Part shown: piece after piece, positions 9,718 through 19,152 of the stretch
Layout: every line of letters begins with the position of its first letter
How positions within the stretch are numbered: position 1 is the first letter of the stretch
Assembly: GCA_045810085.1 (NCBI GenBank)
Contig: JBJMWN010000346.1
Span: 1 to 57,812 of the forward strand
Source: Povalibacter sp.
GTDB lineage: Bacteria > Pseudomonadota > Gammaproteobacteria > Steroidobacterales > Steroidobacteraceae
Direction: 5' to 3'
DNA length: 57,812 nt
The notes under the pieces: generated by a model
Seen by the model: the letters and a program-made list of their open reading frames with translations, nothing else
What the model was told of the DNA's origin: nothing
The model's database searches: none
Position numbers and translations under genes: made by a program

Positions 9718-11109
9718 CTATCCACGCTCCGTAGCGAGCAACTCAGCCAACTGTTCGGCGTGAACACGGAGCTCGCCTGCTGCGGTGGCCTCCCAGTGAT
9801 CCGCTCGCAACATCGGACCCACATAGAACAAGTGCGGACCCGGCCATCCATCCGCATCCATCACTGCGCCTTTCGGACCGGTACGCAGACCCAGGCCTAA
9901 GTTGTCCGGCACACACAGGCCGCATTGAATGAGGTTGCGCCAGAGCGGCTCTTTCGAACGCGCGATGGCGTAGTCGGGGCCGGTGCAATTCACGACTCGA
10001 TCGACGTTCAGACTTTCGACCTGCTGTTTCGAGCGTGGACGCCAGATCACCTCGATCTTTGCACCGCGCTGCTCGAAGCGCTGAATGTGACCCGCATGCA
10101 CGCGCAACTGCCCCGACTGACGCAGTGAATCGATTCGTTGCAGAACCTGAGAAGGAAGACGATGACGATGTACGTCCCAATACGCGCGCAAGTGACGTAG
10201 AAATCGCCGGCGATAAAGTTCGGGCATGCGCTGCCAGATCGTTGGGGCCATGTGACGCACGAACGTGACCGCCTCGCGCCAATCGCCGCCGCATTTTTCA
10301 GCTTCGGTCGCCAACAGGCGCACGACAGAAGCGAGTCCACCCAACGATCGCGATGCCGCCAGCAACAACGCATTGCCATCACCACGAAACGCTTCAGGCC
10401 GAAACGGCGTCTGACGCGGTGGCACCAGACCGTGCCGCGACAACGCATGCAGTCGCGGCGTGGTGGCGGGATCGGAAGCAGCTGCGTTCACCACATCCGC
10501 CATCGTGAGGCCCGTGCCGATCAACAACACCGATTCGTGACGCGCGAACCGCAGCTCCTGCGCCCAGGGATTTGCAACGTAACCGGGATGCTCGGCAATC
10601 GACTGGGCTGCAGATAACGAAGCAGGCTGCGGATTCCCCAGCGCCAGCACCACATCGTCGGCAGTCAGGCGACGCCGATCTGATAACTCCACCTGCAAGG
10701 GCAAATGTCGCTCGACACGACGAATGCTCGTGACTTCGCCTTGCCACTTTTCGAGTCGAATATGACTCGGCGCACTGAGCTCGGCGGCGAGCAGCACCTC
10801 CTGCAGGTATTCGCCGTACAAAGCGCGCGGATAAAAATCCTCGCCCGTGGCATTCGGAATCCGGCTCTGGACGAACTGCAGGAATTCCAGTGGCGCGCGC
10901 GAATTCGCAGACATGCGACCCGCAGGCACGTTGAGCAGATAAGGGAAAGCGCGTTCGGCATAGGCCACACCGCGACCTACGATCTGCGAACGCTCGATCA
11001 GAACCAGGCGCGTGGGTTGTCGCGGCGGACGACGCAACAGATTGGCCGCCAGCACGGTGCCACTGAAGCCGCCTCCGACGATGACGATCGTGCGCAGTAG
11101 ACCCGCCAA
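9718..11109 (-). CDS. FAD/NAD(P)-binding oxidoreductase of unknown function
   Basis: IVGGGFSG, GRGVAY, LLNVPAGRMS, IGTGLTM.D, WDVHRHR, VNCTG, WEATA..EL motifs; likely TTG start at 11109 after GGAGG (the ORF track starts at 11127). Confidence 0.88.
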   Translation of the reverse strand: MAGLLRTIVIVGGGFSGTVLAANLLRRPPRQPTRLVLIERSQIVGRGVAYAERAFPYLLNVPAGRMSANSRAPLEFLQFVQSRIPNATGEDFYPRALYGEYLQEVLLAAELSAPSHIRLEKWQGEVTSIRRVERHLPLQVELSDRRRLTADDVVLALGNPQPASLSAAQSIAEHPGYVANPWAQELRFARHESVLLIGTGLTMADVVNAAASDPATTPRLHALSRHGLVPPRQTPFRPEAFRGDGNALLLAASRSLGGLASVVRLLATEAEKCGGDWREAVTFVRHMAPTIWQRMPELYRRRFLRHLRAYWDVHRHRLPSQVLQRIDSLRQSGQLRVHAGHIQRFEQRGAKIEVIWRPRSKQQVESLNVDRVVNCTGPDYAIARSKEPLWRNLIQCGLCVPDNLGLGLRTGPKGAVMDADGWPGPHLFYVGPMLRADHWEATAAGELRVHAEQLAELLATERG

Positions 11110-11133
11110 CTCCACCTCCACCTGCAACTCTTG

Positions 11134-11183
11134 AGTTACAGACTAGGTCATCGTTGGTATCAAGTAAGTAACCTTGCGGTGAG
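11134..11183 (-). promoter_or_regulatory. Phased hexamer array (putative OmpR-family binding site)
   Basis: + strand AGTTAC/GGTCAT/GGTATC/AGTAAC/GGTGAG at 11134, 11146, 11156, 11167, 11178. Confidence 0.5.
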
Positions 11184-11205
11184 ATGCCGGTGAAGAGATC
11201 TGTCA

Positions 11206-11307
11206 GCCGCAAAAAGGCGCAAAGGACGCAAAAGAACCGAACACCGCGTGAGTGCTCAGACCGCAGGGTACTTTGATGACTATGTGACTTTTGCGCTTTT
11301 TTGCGGC
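11206..11307. repeat. GCCGCAAAAAGGCGCAAA-type intergenic inverted-repeat element, copy 1
   Basis: GCCGCAAAAAGGCGCAAAGG...TTTTGCGCTTTTTTGCGGC; related copies at 25874, 33961 and 55152. Confidence 0.8.
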
Positions 11308-11314
11308 CCAGGCT

Positions 11315-11989
11315 CTATTCCACTACGAGCTTGTACCCAGCACCCGGCGCGGTTTGCAGCATCTCGGGTGCGGCGGGGTCGACTTCGATTTTTTGCCGCA
11401 ATCGATGCACGAGCTGCTTGAGCAACTGGCGATCGCCCGAGCCTTTGTGACCCCACACCTGCATCAGCAGGCGGTCCGAGCTCACAGTGTGACCTGCGTT
11501 AGCGATCAGCATTTGCAGCAGACGCAATTCGAGCTTGGTCAGTCGCACCGCTGACTGGTTACCCACTTGCACCGTGTGCTCTTCGACATCGAGCTTCACG
11601 CGGCCTGCAGCTAACGGCGCCGAATTTTCCATGCCGGCGCGACGCAGCAGCGCTTTGACTCGTGCCAGCAGCGTGCGTGGACTGAACGGCTTGGTCAGAT
11701 AGTCATCCGCGCCGAGTTCGAGCGCTCGCACGAGATCTTCTTCTTCGCCGCGCACGGTCAGCATCATCACGGGTACGCGCGACTTCGCTCGTACCGCTTC
11801 ACAGACCTGAAAGCCGCTCGCGCCGGGCATGTTGATGTCGAGGATCACCAGATCAGGTGCCTCGGCTTCGAAAGCTTTGATCGCGGTCTGGCCATCGCCG
11901 GCCTTCACGACCAGATAGCCGGCTTGCGACAGCGTGAACGCGATCAGCGCCAGCAGGTCCTTGTCGTCGTCGGCGGAAAGAATCTTCAT
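11315..11989 (-). CDS. OmpR/PhoB-family response regulator (paralog 1, next to the kinase)
   Basis: MKILSADDD, ILDINMPG, KPFSPRTL, RLRQKIE.DP, PGAGYKL. Confidence 0.95.
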   Translation of the reverse strand: MKILSADDDKDLLALIAFTLSQAGYLVVKAGDGQTAIKAFEAEAPDLVILDINMPGASGFQVCEAVRAKSRVPVMMLTVRGEEEDLVRALELGADDYLTKPFSPRTLLARVKALLRRAGMENSAPLAAGRVKLDVEEHTVQVGNQSAVRLTKLELRLLQMLIANAGHTVSSDRLLMQVWGHKGSGDRQLLKQLVHRLRQKIEVDPAAPEMLQTAPGAGYKLVVE

Positions 11990-12093
11990 AGTGCTCGTGT
12001 CGTTCGATAGGAAGCGGATTGAGAGAGCGTCAGTGAAACATGTCAGCGGGCGATTGCTTATGCTCTTGGAGCATCATCTGATCGCTCGCGCTG

Positions 12094-14199
12094 TCAGTCT
12101 CCCTTGGCCATCGGCAGTTCGACGACGAAGCGGGTACGGTCACCTTTGCGCTCGGCGTGAATCGAACCTTCGTGTCGATTGATGATGGATTTCACGATCC
12201 ACAATCCCAGGCCCAGTCCGCCCGGTTCAGGCTCCTGATCGGGTCCACGATAAAAGCGTTCGAACACCGAGCCGCTTTCGATTTCCGGTACGCCAGGACC
12301 TTCGTCTTCGACCCATACAGTGACTGTACGATCGGCTGCACTTGCGCCGACGCGAACCGTGCTGTCCTCGGGCGCGAACTTGCTCGCATTCGCCAGCAGG
12401 TTGACGAACACCTGGCTCAGACGCGGCGCATCGCCATCGACGCGCGGCAGATCCTCGGGAATTTCCAGCTCGAGTGTCTGGCGTCGCTGCTTCAGCAATG
12501 CGCCCATCAATGCATCGGCATCTTCGACAACTTCCTGGATCGCGACGCTCTGATGGCGAATGCCCAACTGACCTGACTCGATGCGCACGCTCTCGAGCAG
12601 GTTATCGATCAGGCGTGTCAGTCGCAGAGCACCGCGCTCGAGCGAAAGGACCAGCTCTTTCTGCTGATCGCGCGACATCGTATCCATGCCATCGCTGAGC
12701 AACTCGATCGATGCCAGTTGTGCGGCGAGCGGCGTGCGGAACTCGTGTGAAATGTTCGCGAGCACAGAGTCACGGGCGCGTCGCACACCTTCCAATTCAG
12801 TTTCATCGCGAATGACCTGGACCTGCAGATCCTCGACGGGCGCCGCACTAGTGATGATCGTGGTTCGCGGCGAACCCTCACGCAGATTCAATTTCTCGGT
12901 CGCCTGAGAACTTCCACCATTGCGGGCCATCACGATGGGGCAACGTGTTTCACAGGGACGCTGGCCATGCTCGAGACAAGGCTTCAACACATCACCGCAA
13001 AAACGTCCGATTGCTTCATGTGCTTGGACACCGAGCAGACGTGCGGCTTGCGGATTCAGATAGCGGATCACGCGTGACTTATCGACCGCGTACACACCTT
13101 CGACGATGCCACCGAGAACCGCCTGCGCTTCTGCTTCGCGACGTCGCAGCGCGCTTGTCAGATTGACCAGGTTGTTGCGCATGTCCTCCATGGTGCGCGC
13201 GAGCTTCCCGACTTCTTTCGTCCCGGAGACAGGAATCGATGTCGAGAAGTCACCTTGTCCTAATCGCTCCGCCGCTTCCGTCAATGTGCTGACCGGCCCT
13301 GTGACTTGCTGACCGAGAATCACACCGGCAAGCACTGCAAGTGCGGCAAGCACGATCGCCGTTGCGACCAGACGTCGCACCATCGTTCCGACGGCGTGAT
13401 CGATTTCGCTCGTCGGCAGCCGCGCTTCGAGCAGCGCGATGGCTTCACCCGTGGATGCGAATACCGGAAAGCTGGCTGCGTACAGTTCCGCTTCCGCAAC
13501 ACGCGCGACCGCCGAACGACCATCCGACAATCCCGCTGAATGCAGTCGTGTGAAGTCATCGACGCGTTTGCTTTCCACGAACGTGCGATAGCTGATCAGT
13601 CGAACTTCGACGCCAACGCGGTCAGAAAGAATCCGCCCGAGTCTTTCATCGAGCAGGCGTGCGACATAGAGCCGGCGTTCAGTCGCGCCACCGATTTGCG
13701 CCGATGCACCGAGCACTGAATATGGGACGCCGCTGGGCACTGCGAGGAATCGCTCGCCCTGCTCGGCACTGGTGTTGGCGATTTCGTTCCAAGGCAATGG
13801 CGTACCCGCCTGTGCCACGAGCGTGCGACCTTCGAACACGGCACACGCCGCGACCGTGTCGCTGTTGCAGGAGCGACGCAAATAAGGTCCCACCGCTCCG
13901 CCCTGGCGATCGGCTAGCAGACGCTGCAAGGTCGGGCGATCGGCCACCGTCTTGGCTTGGGTGAGCGCATCTTCGCCAAAGCGGCGCAGATCTTCGCGAG
14001 CCATCGCGCCAGCCAATTGCACTCGCGACTGACCCTGTTGATCGGCGAGATCGCGCAGCGATCCGATGGCGGAGATCGAAATGCCACCCACGACCAGGAG
14101 CACGATCACGACATTGATCGCAGCGATCCAGAACCCGAGACTCGCGCGCGAGGTGTCGAGCTGGAATCGATCGATGAATTCCTGAATACGCGAGAGCAT
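12094..14199 (-). CDS. Sensor histidine kinase (2 TM, periplasmic domain, HAMP, PAS, HisKA, HATPase)
   Basis: H-box ISHEFRTPL, N-box NLLANASKF, DEGPG, GLGLGL; HAMP PVSTLTEAAERLGQGD; PAS EGVYAVD..YLNPQA. Confidence 0.95.
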   Translation of the reverse strand: MLSRIQEFIDRFQLDTSRASLGFWIAAINVVIVLLVVGGISISAIGSLRDLADQQGQSRVQLAGAMAREDLRRFGEDALTQAKTVADRPTLQRLLADRQGGAVGPYLRRSCNSDTVAACAVFEGRTLVAQAGTPLPWNEIANTSAEQGERFLAVPSGVPYSVLGASAQIGGATERRLYVARLLDERLGRILSDRVGVEVRLISYRTFVESKRVDDFTRLHSAGLSDGRSAVARVAEAELYAASFPVFASTGEAIALLEARLPTSEIDHAVGTMVRRLVATAIVLAALAVLAGVILGQQVTGPVSTLTEAAERLGQGDFSTSIPVSGTKEVGKLARTMEDMRNNLVNLTSALRRREAEAQAVLGGIVEGVYAVDKSRVIRYLNPQAARLLGVQAHEAIGRFCGDVLKPCLEHGQRPCETRCPIVMARNGGSSQATEKLNLREGSPRTTIITSAAPVEDLQVQVIRDETELEGVRRARDSVLANISHEFRTPLAAQLASIELLSDGMDTMSRDQQKELVLSLERGALRLTRLIDNLLESVRIESGQLGIRHQSVAIQEVVEDADALMGALLKQRRQTLELEIPEDLPRVDGDAPRLSQVFVNLLANASKFAPEDSTVRVGASAADRTVTVWVEDEGPGVPEIESGSVFERFYRGPDQEPEPGGLGLGLWIVKSIINRHEGSIHAERKGDRTRFVVELPMAKGD

Positions 14200-14262
14200 G
14201 AAATCGTGGCTATTCGTACTGGCTGCTGGCCAGCGTCATCTGGCCAGAAAAGGGCAATGCAC

Positions 14263-15132
14263 TCACTTGGTATATCCCGTTCGCCATTCCACCAGCGATT
14301 TGATGATCAAGGTCACGACCGCAAGCAAGGTCAGGAGCGAGGCGACGGCAAAGGCTCCCACGAAGTTGTATTCGTTATAGAGAATTTCAACATGCAAAGG
14401 CATGGTCGTGGTCAATCCGCGGATGTGACCTGAAACCACGGATACCGCGCCGAATTCACCCATCGCGCGGGCGTTGCAGAGGATAACGCCGTACACCAGG
14501 CCCCAGCGAATCTTGGGCAAGGTCACGTGGAAGAAAGTCATTAGGCCACCCGCACCCAGGGTAATTGCGGCCTCTTCCTCGTCGTTGCCGAGCTGCTGCA
14601 TCAACGGAATGAGCTCGCGCGCGACGTAGGGGAACGTCACGAACATGGTGGCGAGCACGATGCCGGGCAGCGCGAAGATGATGCTCATGTCGTGTTCCTG
14701 CAGCCACACGCCGAACCAGCCTTGCATGCCAAACAGCAGCACATAGATAAGACCGGAAATCACCGGCGACACCGCAATCGGCAAATCGATCAGCGTGATC
14801 AGAAAACTCTTGCCCTTGAATTCGAATTTTCCGATCGCCCACGCAGCAGCGATTCCGAACACGGTATTGGTAGGCACAACGATCGCCGCGGTCAGCAGGG
14901 TCAGTCGAATCGCAGCGAGCGTGTCTGGGTCCTTGAAGCTTTCGAAATACATCGCGATGCCCTTGCTCAGCGCTGTCGCGAACACAGTCGCTAATGGCGC
15001 GAATAGCAGCGCGGCAAGGAAGAGCAACGACAAACCGATGAAACACCACTTCACGGAAGTGCTCACCAACGTGTCCCGGCCCGGGCGAGTGGCGAGTTCC
15101 GCAAGAACTGTTTTGGAAGGTCCGGCTGCCAT
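14263..15132 (-). CDS. cysW: Sulfate ABC transporter permease CysW
   Basis: LIDLPIAVSPVISGL, FVTFPYVARELIP, EEEAA.TLGA, NARAMGEFGAVSVVSGHIRG. Confidence 0.96.
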   Translation of the reverse strand: MAAGPSKTVLAELATRPGRDTLVSTSVKWCFIGLSLLFLAALLFAPLATVFATALSKGIAMYFESFKDPDTLAAIRLTLLTAAIVVPTNTVFGIAAAWAIGKFEFKGKSFLITLIDLPIAVSPVISGLIYVLLFGMQGWFGVWLQEHDMSIIFALPGIVLATMFVTFPYVARELIPLMQQLGNDEEEAAITLGAGGLMTFFHVTLPKIRWGLVYGVILCNARAMGEFGAVSVVSGHIRGLTTTMPLHVEILYNEYNFVGAFAVASLLTLLAVVTLIIKSLVEWRTGYTK

Positions 15133-15141
15133 GCGATGACT

Positions 15142-15984
15142 TCAGCGCCCAGCCGCAACGACGCGGCGGCGACCCCAGGTCTGGAGCAGATTGATGGAAA
15201 GCAGCATGACGAAAGAGATCACCAGCATGAGGAATCCGATCGCTGCGGCGCCGACGTAGTCGAACTGCTCCAGCTTGATGACGATCAGGAGTGGCGCGAT
15301 TTCGGTTTTCATGGGCAAGTTGCCTGCGATGAAAATGACCGAGCCGTATTCGCCCACCGCACGCGCGAATGCCATGGTGAAGCCCGTGAGCAGTGCAGGT
15401 GTGACCGTCGGCAGAATGATACGAACGAATATCGTGAACCGACCCGCGCCGAGGGTTTCTGCTGCATCTTCGAGATCGCGCTGCACTTCAAGCAACGCGG
15501 GCTGCACCGAGCGCACGACGAACGGCAATCCGATCAACGTCAGTGCAACGACAACACCGATCCAGGTATACGCGACCTGAATACCGAACGGCGCGAGATG
15601 CTGACCGATCCAGCCGTTCTGTGCGAAGACCGCAGTGAGAGCGATACCTGAAACAGCGGTCGGTAATGCAAAGGGCATATCGATGAGTGCATCGATGAAC
15701 TTGCGCCCGGGAAACTCATAGCGCACCAACGTCCAAGCAATGATGAAGCCGAAGACACCGTTGAGCGTCGCCGCCAGCAAGGAAGCGCCGAAGCTCAGGC
15801 GGAACGATGCGATCACCCGACGGTCGAGCAGCACGTGCACGAAATCGTGCCAGCCCATGCTTGCCGTTTTCATCACCAGCGCGGTCAATGGAATCAAAAC
15901 CAGTGCGCACAGAAAGAACGTTGAGAAACCCAACGTCAGTCCGAAGCCGGGAAGAATCGAGGGCTGTCGAAAAGTGGATGCCAT
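15142..15984 (-). CDS. cysT: Sulfate ABC transporter permease CysT (CysU)
   Basis: LPGFGLTLG, DMPFALPTAVSGI, LPFVVRSVQP, GEYGSVIFIAGN; ATG at 15984. Confidence 0.96.
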   Translation of the reverse strand: MASTFRQPSILPGFGLTLGFSTFFLCALVLIPLTALVMKTASMGWHDFVHVLLDRRVIASFRLSFGASLLAATLNGVFGFIIAWTLVRYEFPGRKFIDALIDMPFALPTAVSGIALTAVFAQNGWIGQHLAPFGIQVAYTWIGVVVALTLIGLPFVVRSVQPALLEVQRDLEDAAETLGAGRFTIFVRIILPTVTPALLTGFTMAFARAVGEYGSVIFIAGNLPMKTEIAPLLIVIKLEQFDYVGAAAIGFLMLVISFVMLLSINLLQTWGRRRVVAAGR

Positions 15985-16084
15985 CAGGATTCGCCTTCGA
16001 TCGCACAACGAAGGTCGTTACGGGCTGACTGATCGCCGGCATCCTTCAGGCACAAGACAGCAGCAATGGTGAAAGCGGCGGTGT

Positions 16085-17161
16085 TCACTGTTTTGTCGGG
16101 CTGTAGATGCGATCGAAAATGCCGCCATCGACGAAATGCTTCGCGTGTGCTGCATTCCAGCCGCCAAACACTTCATTCACTGTGAACGTCTGCACCGTTG
16201 GAAACAGATCTGCGTGGTGCTCGAGCACCTGAGCTTTTCTCGGGCGAAAGTAGTGCTTCGCGGCAATCTCTTGTCCCGCGTCCGAATACAGAAACTGAAG
16301 ATAAGCTTCCGCAACTTGTCGTGTGCCACGTCGATCGACGACGGTATCGACCACCGCGACCGGCGGCTCGGCCAGGATGCTGATCGAAGGCACGATGATT
16401 TCGACTTTGCCGGGACCGAGTTCCTTCAATGCGAGCAGCGCTTCGTTTTCCCAGGCAATCAGCACGTCTCCGATCGCACGCTGCACGAAAGTATTCGTTG
16501 CGCCACGTGCGCCGCTATCCAGCACCGGCGTGTGTCGATAAAGCGTACTGACGAACTGCTGTGCCGCAGCCTGAGCTTCATCGACTTGAGCGGCAAACTT
16601 CGGATCATCGAGCTTGCTCCAGTCACCGAGTTGCCGATGCAGTTCAAAACCCCAGGCAGCCAGATAATTCCAGCGCGCACCGCCTGAGGTTTTTGGATTC
16701 GGCGTCACGACACTGACGCCTTCACGAATCAGATCCGGCCAATCGTGTATCTGCTTGGGATTGCCCTGCCTGACGAGGAAGACAATCGTCGAGGTATAGG
16801 GCGCACTGTTGTCCGGGAAACGCGTCTGCCAGTTCGCGCCCAGACGTTTGCCCTTCGTCTGAATCGAATTGATGTCGTACGCGAGTGCGAGCGTCACCAC
16901 ATCCGCTTGCAGCCCATCGATGACTGCGCGTGCCTGACTGCCCGATCCTCCATGCGATTGCTTGATCGCGATGACCTGACCCGTGCGGCCCTGCCACTCG
17001 CGGATGAACTGCTCGTTCACATCGCGATAGAGCTCGCGGGTTGGATCGTAGCTCACGTTCAACAGCGTGACGGGCTTGGCGCTATTCGAATCGCTCGAGC
17101 CACATCCGGCGAGCAACGCGAATGTCGCCGCGATAAGTGCGGCAATCACTCCTCGCATCAC
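16085..17161 (-). CDS. sbp: Sulfate/thiosulfate-binding protein with a lipoprotein-type signal
   Basis: [53 protein letters not shown]; LLAGC lipobox. Confidence 0.95.
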   Translation of the reverse strand: MMRGVIAALIAATFALLAGCGSSDSNSAKPVTLLNVSYDPTRELYRDVNEQFIREWQGRTGQVIAIKQSHGGSGSQARAVIDGLQADVVTLALAYDINSIQTKGKRLGANWQTRFPDNSAPYTSTIVFLVRQGNPKQIHDWPDLIREGVSVVTPNPKTSGGARWNYLAAWGFELHRQLGDWSKLDDPKFAAQVDEAQAAAQQFVSTLYRHTPVLDSGARGATNTFVQRAIGDVLIAWENEALLALKELGPGKVEIIVPSISILAEPPVAVVDTVVDRRGTRQVAEAYLQFLYSDAGQEIAAKHYFRPRKAQVLEHHADLFPTVQTFTVNEVFGGWNAAHAKHFVDGGIFDRIYSPTKQ

Positions 17162-18927
17162 AGTGCACCTGCGGCGGGTCGATACACGATCATCAGTGCG
17201 AACGCAGGAAGCGATGCGAACAGCGCGGTAAAGGTACTTTGCAGTTGCTTGAGATCGGAGATGCCCAGGATCAACATCTGATCGGCGGCATCATTGAGCT
17301 GACGGCGCAACTCATCGGCTGCTCCACCGAAACGCAATTCTGTACGCATCTCCAATCCGTGCACCGCCTGCGCTTCGGAACGTGCATCGAGCAACGTGCG
17401 CATGCCGAATGGACGCTGCGAATCGGCCTCGGCCTCGGGAAGAATGCCGACATAGACCGCCTCGGCGGAAACGTGACGCAGCAAACTCGCCGCAACCGCC
17501 AGCGTAGAGCGTCGCGAGGCGTCGTCCGCCCAGTGAATCAACACACGTTGCGGCGGCGGCATCTGACTTGGCAGAACCAGCACTTCCGCAGCGCCATTGC
17601 GCAAAAGCCATTCGATCTGAGCTGCAAGATTGGGCTGCGGTGCGATCACGGCCACACCTGAGATGGAAGTCGCAGCCTTGGAACCGTCCGGCGAAGCGAG
17701 TGCGGCTTCGACGCGCGTCGCAATCCGGGTCTTCATGCGATTGGCGAGTTCACTCAGGAACGGGTGACTGGCCAATCGCTCCGCGGCAGCGGCATCAGCC
17801 GCACATGCGGTGTAGCTCGACAGCGGAGTAGGCAACACGTGAATTCGGCGTGCACCCAAAGCAACCGATTGTCCCAGCGTCAACGGGAATGAACGCTGTT
17901 CATGCTGGGTACGTGTCACTTCCAGAGCGGAGATTGTTCCGGAATCCGATCCGGCAATCTGAGCGTGCGCAGCGCCGTTGGTGAGTCGCACTCGTAATCG
18001 TTCGAGCGCGCCAGTGAAAACCATTTCTTCCACGACACCGAGTCCCATGTAGTTCACGCGGAGATTATCGCGGGTGGGCGCGAGCTCGACTTCTTCGGGA
18101 CGCAGCACCGCAACGACTTCATGCTCGCGGCCTTGTTCGTACTTCTCGATGGCGCGTGCATTGACGGGTGTGGCGCCGAAGCGAATTCCTTCCGCCGTCT
18201 GACGTGCAAGCAGCAGATTGGCTGCGCCCAGAAACGTCGCGACAAAACGCGTCGCAGGACGTGCGTACAACTCGTCCGGTCGACCCGACTCGAGGAGCCG
18301 GCCCAGATTCATCACACCGATGCGATCGGCGAGCGCGAACGCTTCTTCCTGATCGTGAGTCACGAGAACTGTCGTGATATTGAGTTCGCGCTGTACCTGT
18401 CGAATGGTCCGGCGCAGTTCCTCACGGATCTTGGCGTCCAGAGCGCCGAAGGGTTCATCGAGCAGCAACACCTGAGGCTTGTGTGCGAGCGCTCGAGCAA
18501 CGGCGACACGCTGCTGCTGTCCGCCAGACAGCTGAGTCGGCAAACGATCGTCCATGCCTTCAAGCGCAACGAGACGAAGCAACTCTTTGCGACGCTCGCG
18601 ACGATCGGCCCCTTTCATGCGTCGCACACGCAATGCGAATTCGATGTTGTCTCCGACGCTCATGTGGCGAAACAGCGCGTAGTTCTGGAAGACGAGTCCC
18701 ACACCCCGCTGTCGGGCCGATACGTGCGTGACATCGCGACCATGCAGTGCAATGCGCCCATGATCCACGCCGGTGAGTCCCGCAATAGCGCGCAGCAAAG
18801 TGCTTTTGCCGCTGCCGCTCGGCCCGAGCAGTACGAAGAACTCACCTTCGCCAACTTCGACGGACACGTCGTTGACGACAGGCGAGCCCTGATACCGTTT
18901 GGTCACTTGATCGAGCGTGATGGACAT
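17158..18927 (-). CDS. cysA: Sulfate ABC ATPase CysA with an extended C-terminus (TOBE plus USP-like)
   Basis: [47 protein letters not shown]; 589 aa versus about 350 for a typical CysA. Confidence 0.9.
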   Translation of the reverse strand: MSITLDQVTKRYQGSPVVNDVSVEVGEGEFFVLLGPSGSGKSTLLRAIAGLTGVDHGRIALHGRDVTHVSARQRGVGLVFQNYALFRHMSVGDNIEFALRVRRMKGADRRERRKELLRLVALEGMDDRLPTQLSGGQQQRVAVARALAHKPQVLLLDEPFGALDAKIREELRRTIRQVQRELNITTVLVTHDQEEAFALADRIGVMNLGRLLESGRPDELYARPATRFVATFLGAANLLLARQTAEGIRFGATPVNARAIEKYEQGREHEVVAVLRPEEVELAPTRDNLRVNYMGLGVVEEMVFTGALERLRVRLTNGAAHAQIAGSDSGTISALEVTRTQHEQRSFPLTLGQSVALGARRIHVLPTPLSSYTACAADAAAAERLASHPFLSELANRMKTRIATRVEAALASPDGSKAATSISGVAVIAPQPNLAAQIEWLLRNGAAEVLVLPSQMPPPQRVLIHWADDASRRSTLAVAASLLRHVSAEAVYVGILPEAEADSQRPFGMRTLLDARSEAQAVHGLEMRTELRFGGAADELRRQLNDAADQMLILGISDLKQLQSTFTALFASLPAFALMIVYRPAAGAL

Positions 18928-18952
18928 AGGGACGCGAGCTTAACGGCGGTGT

Positions 18953-18992
18953 GGTAGCAAGGTCAGTCTTAACCGGGTAACAAACCGGTTAT
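18953..18992 (-). promoter_or_regulatory. Phased hexamer array upstream of cysA (putative OmpR-family binding site)
   Basis: + strand GGTAGC/AGTCTT/GGTAAC/GGTTAT at 18953, 18965, 18976, 18987 (spacing 12-11-11). Confidence 0.5.
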
Positions 18993-19152
18993 AACGAGCG
19001 AGCATCCTGGTGATGAGCGGCGATGGCAGACGTCATGGCAAGCGGGCAGACTGACGACTGCAGGGACCGCAGTGATTCGCACCATTGCAGCCGTGACCGG
19101 ATGCGATTGCAAATACGTTCTACGCATTTCTACTCACCGCATCGTTATCAAC

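Noticed and set aside
9717-9857. N-terminal extension of response regulator paralog 2
   Set aside because: It overlaps the oxidoreductase; ATG 9716 fits translational coupling.
11206-11307. Repeats as a CRISPR array
   Set aside because: They are dispersed inverted pairs rather than regularly spaced direct repeats, and there are no cas genes.
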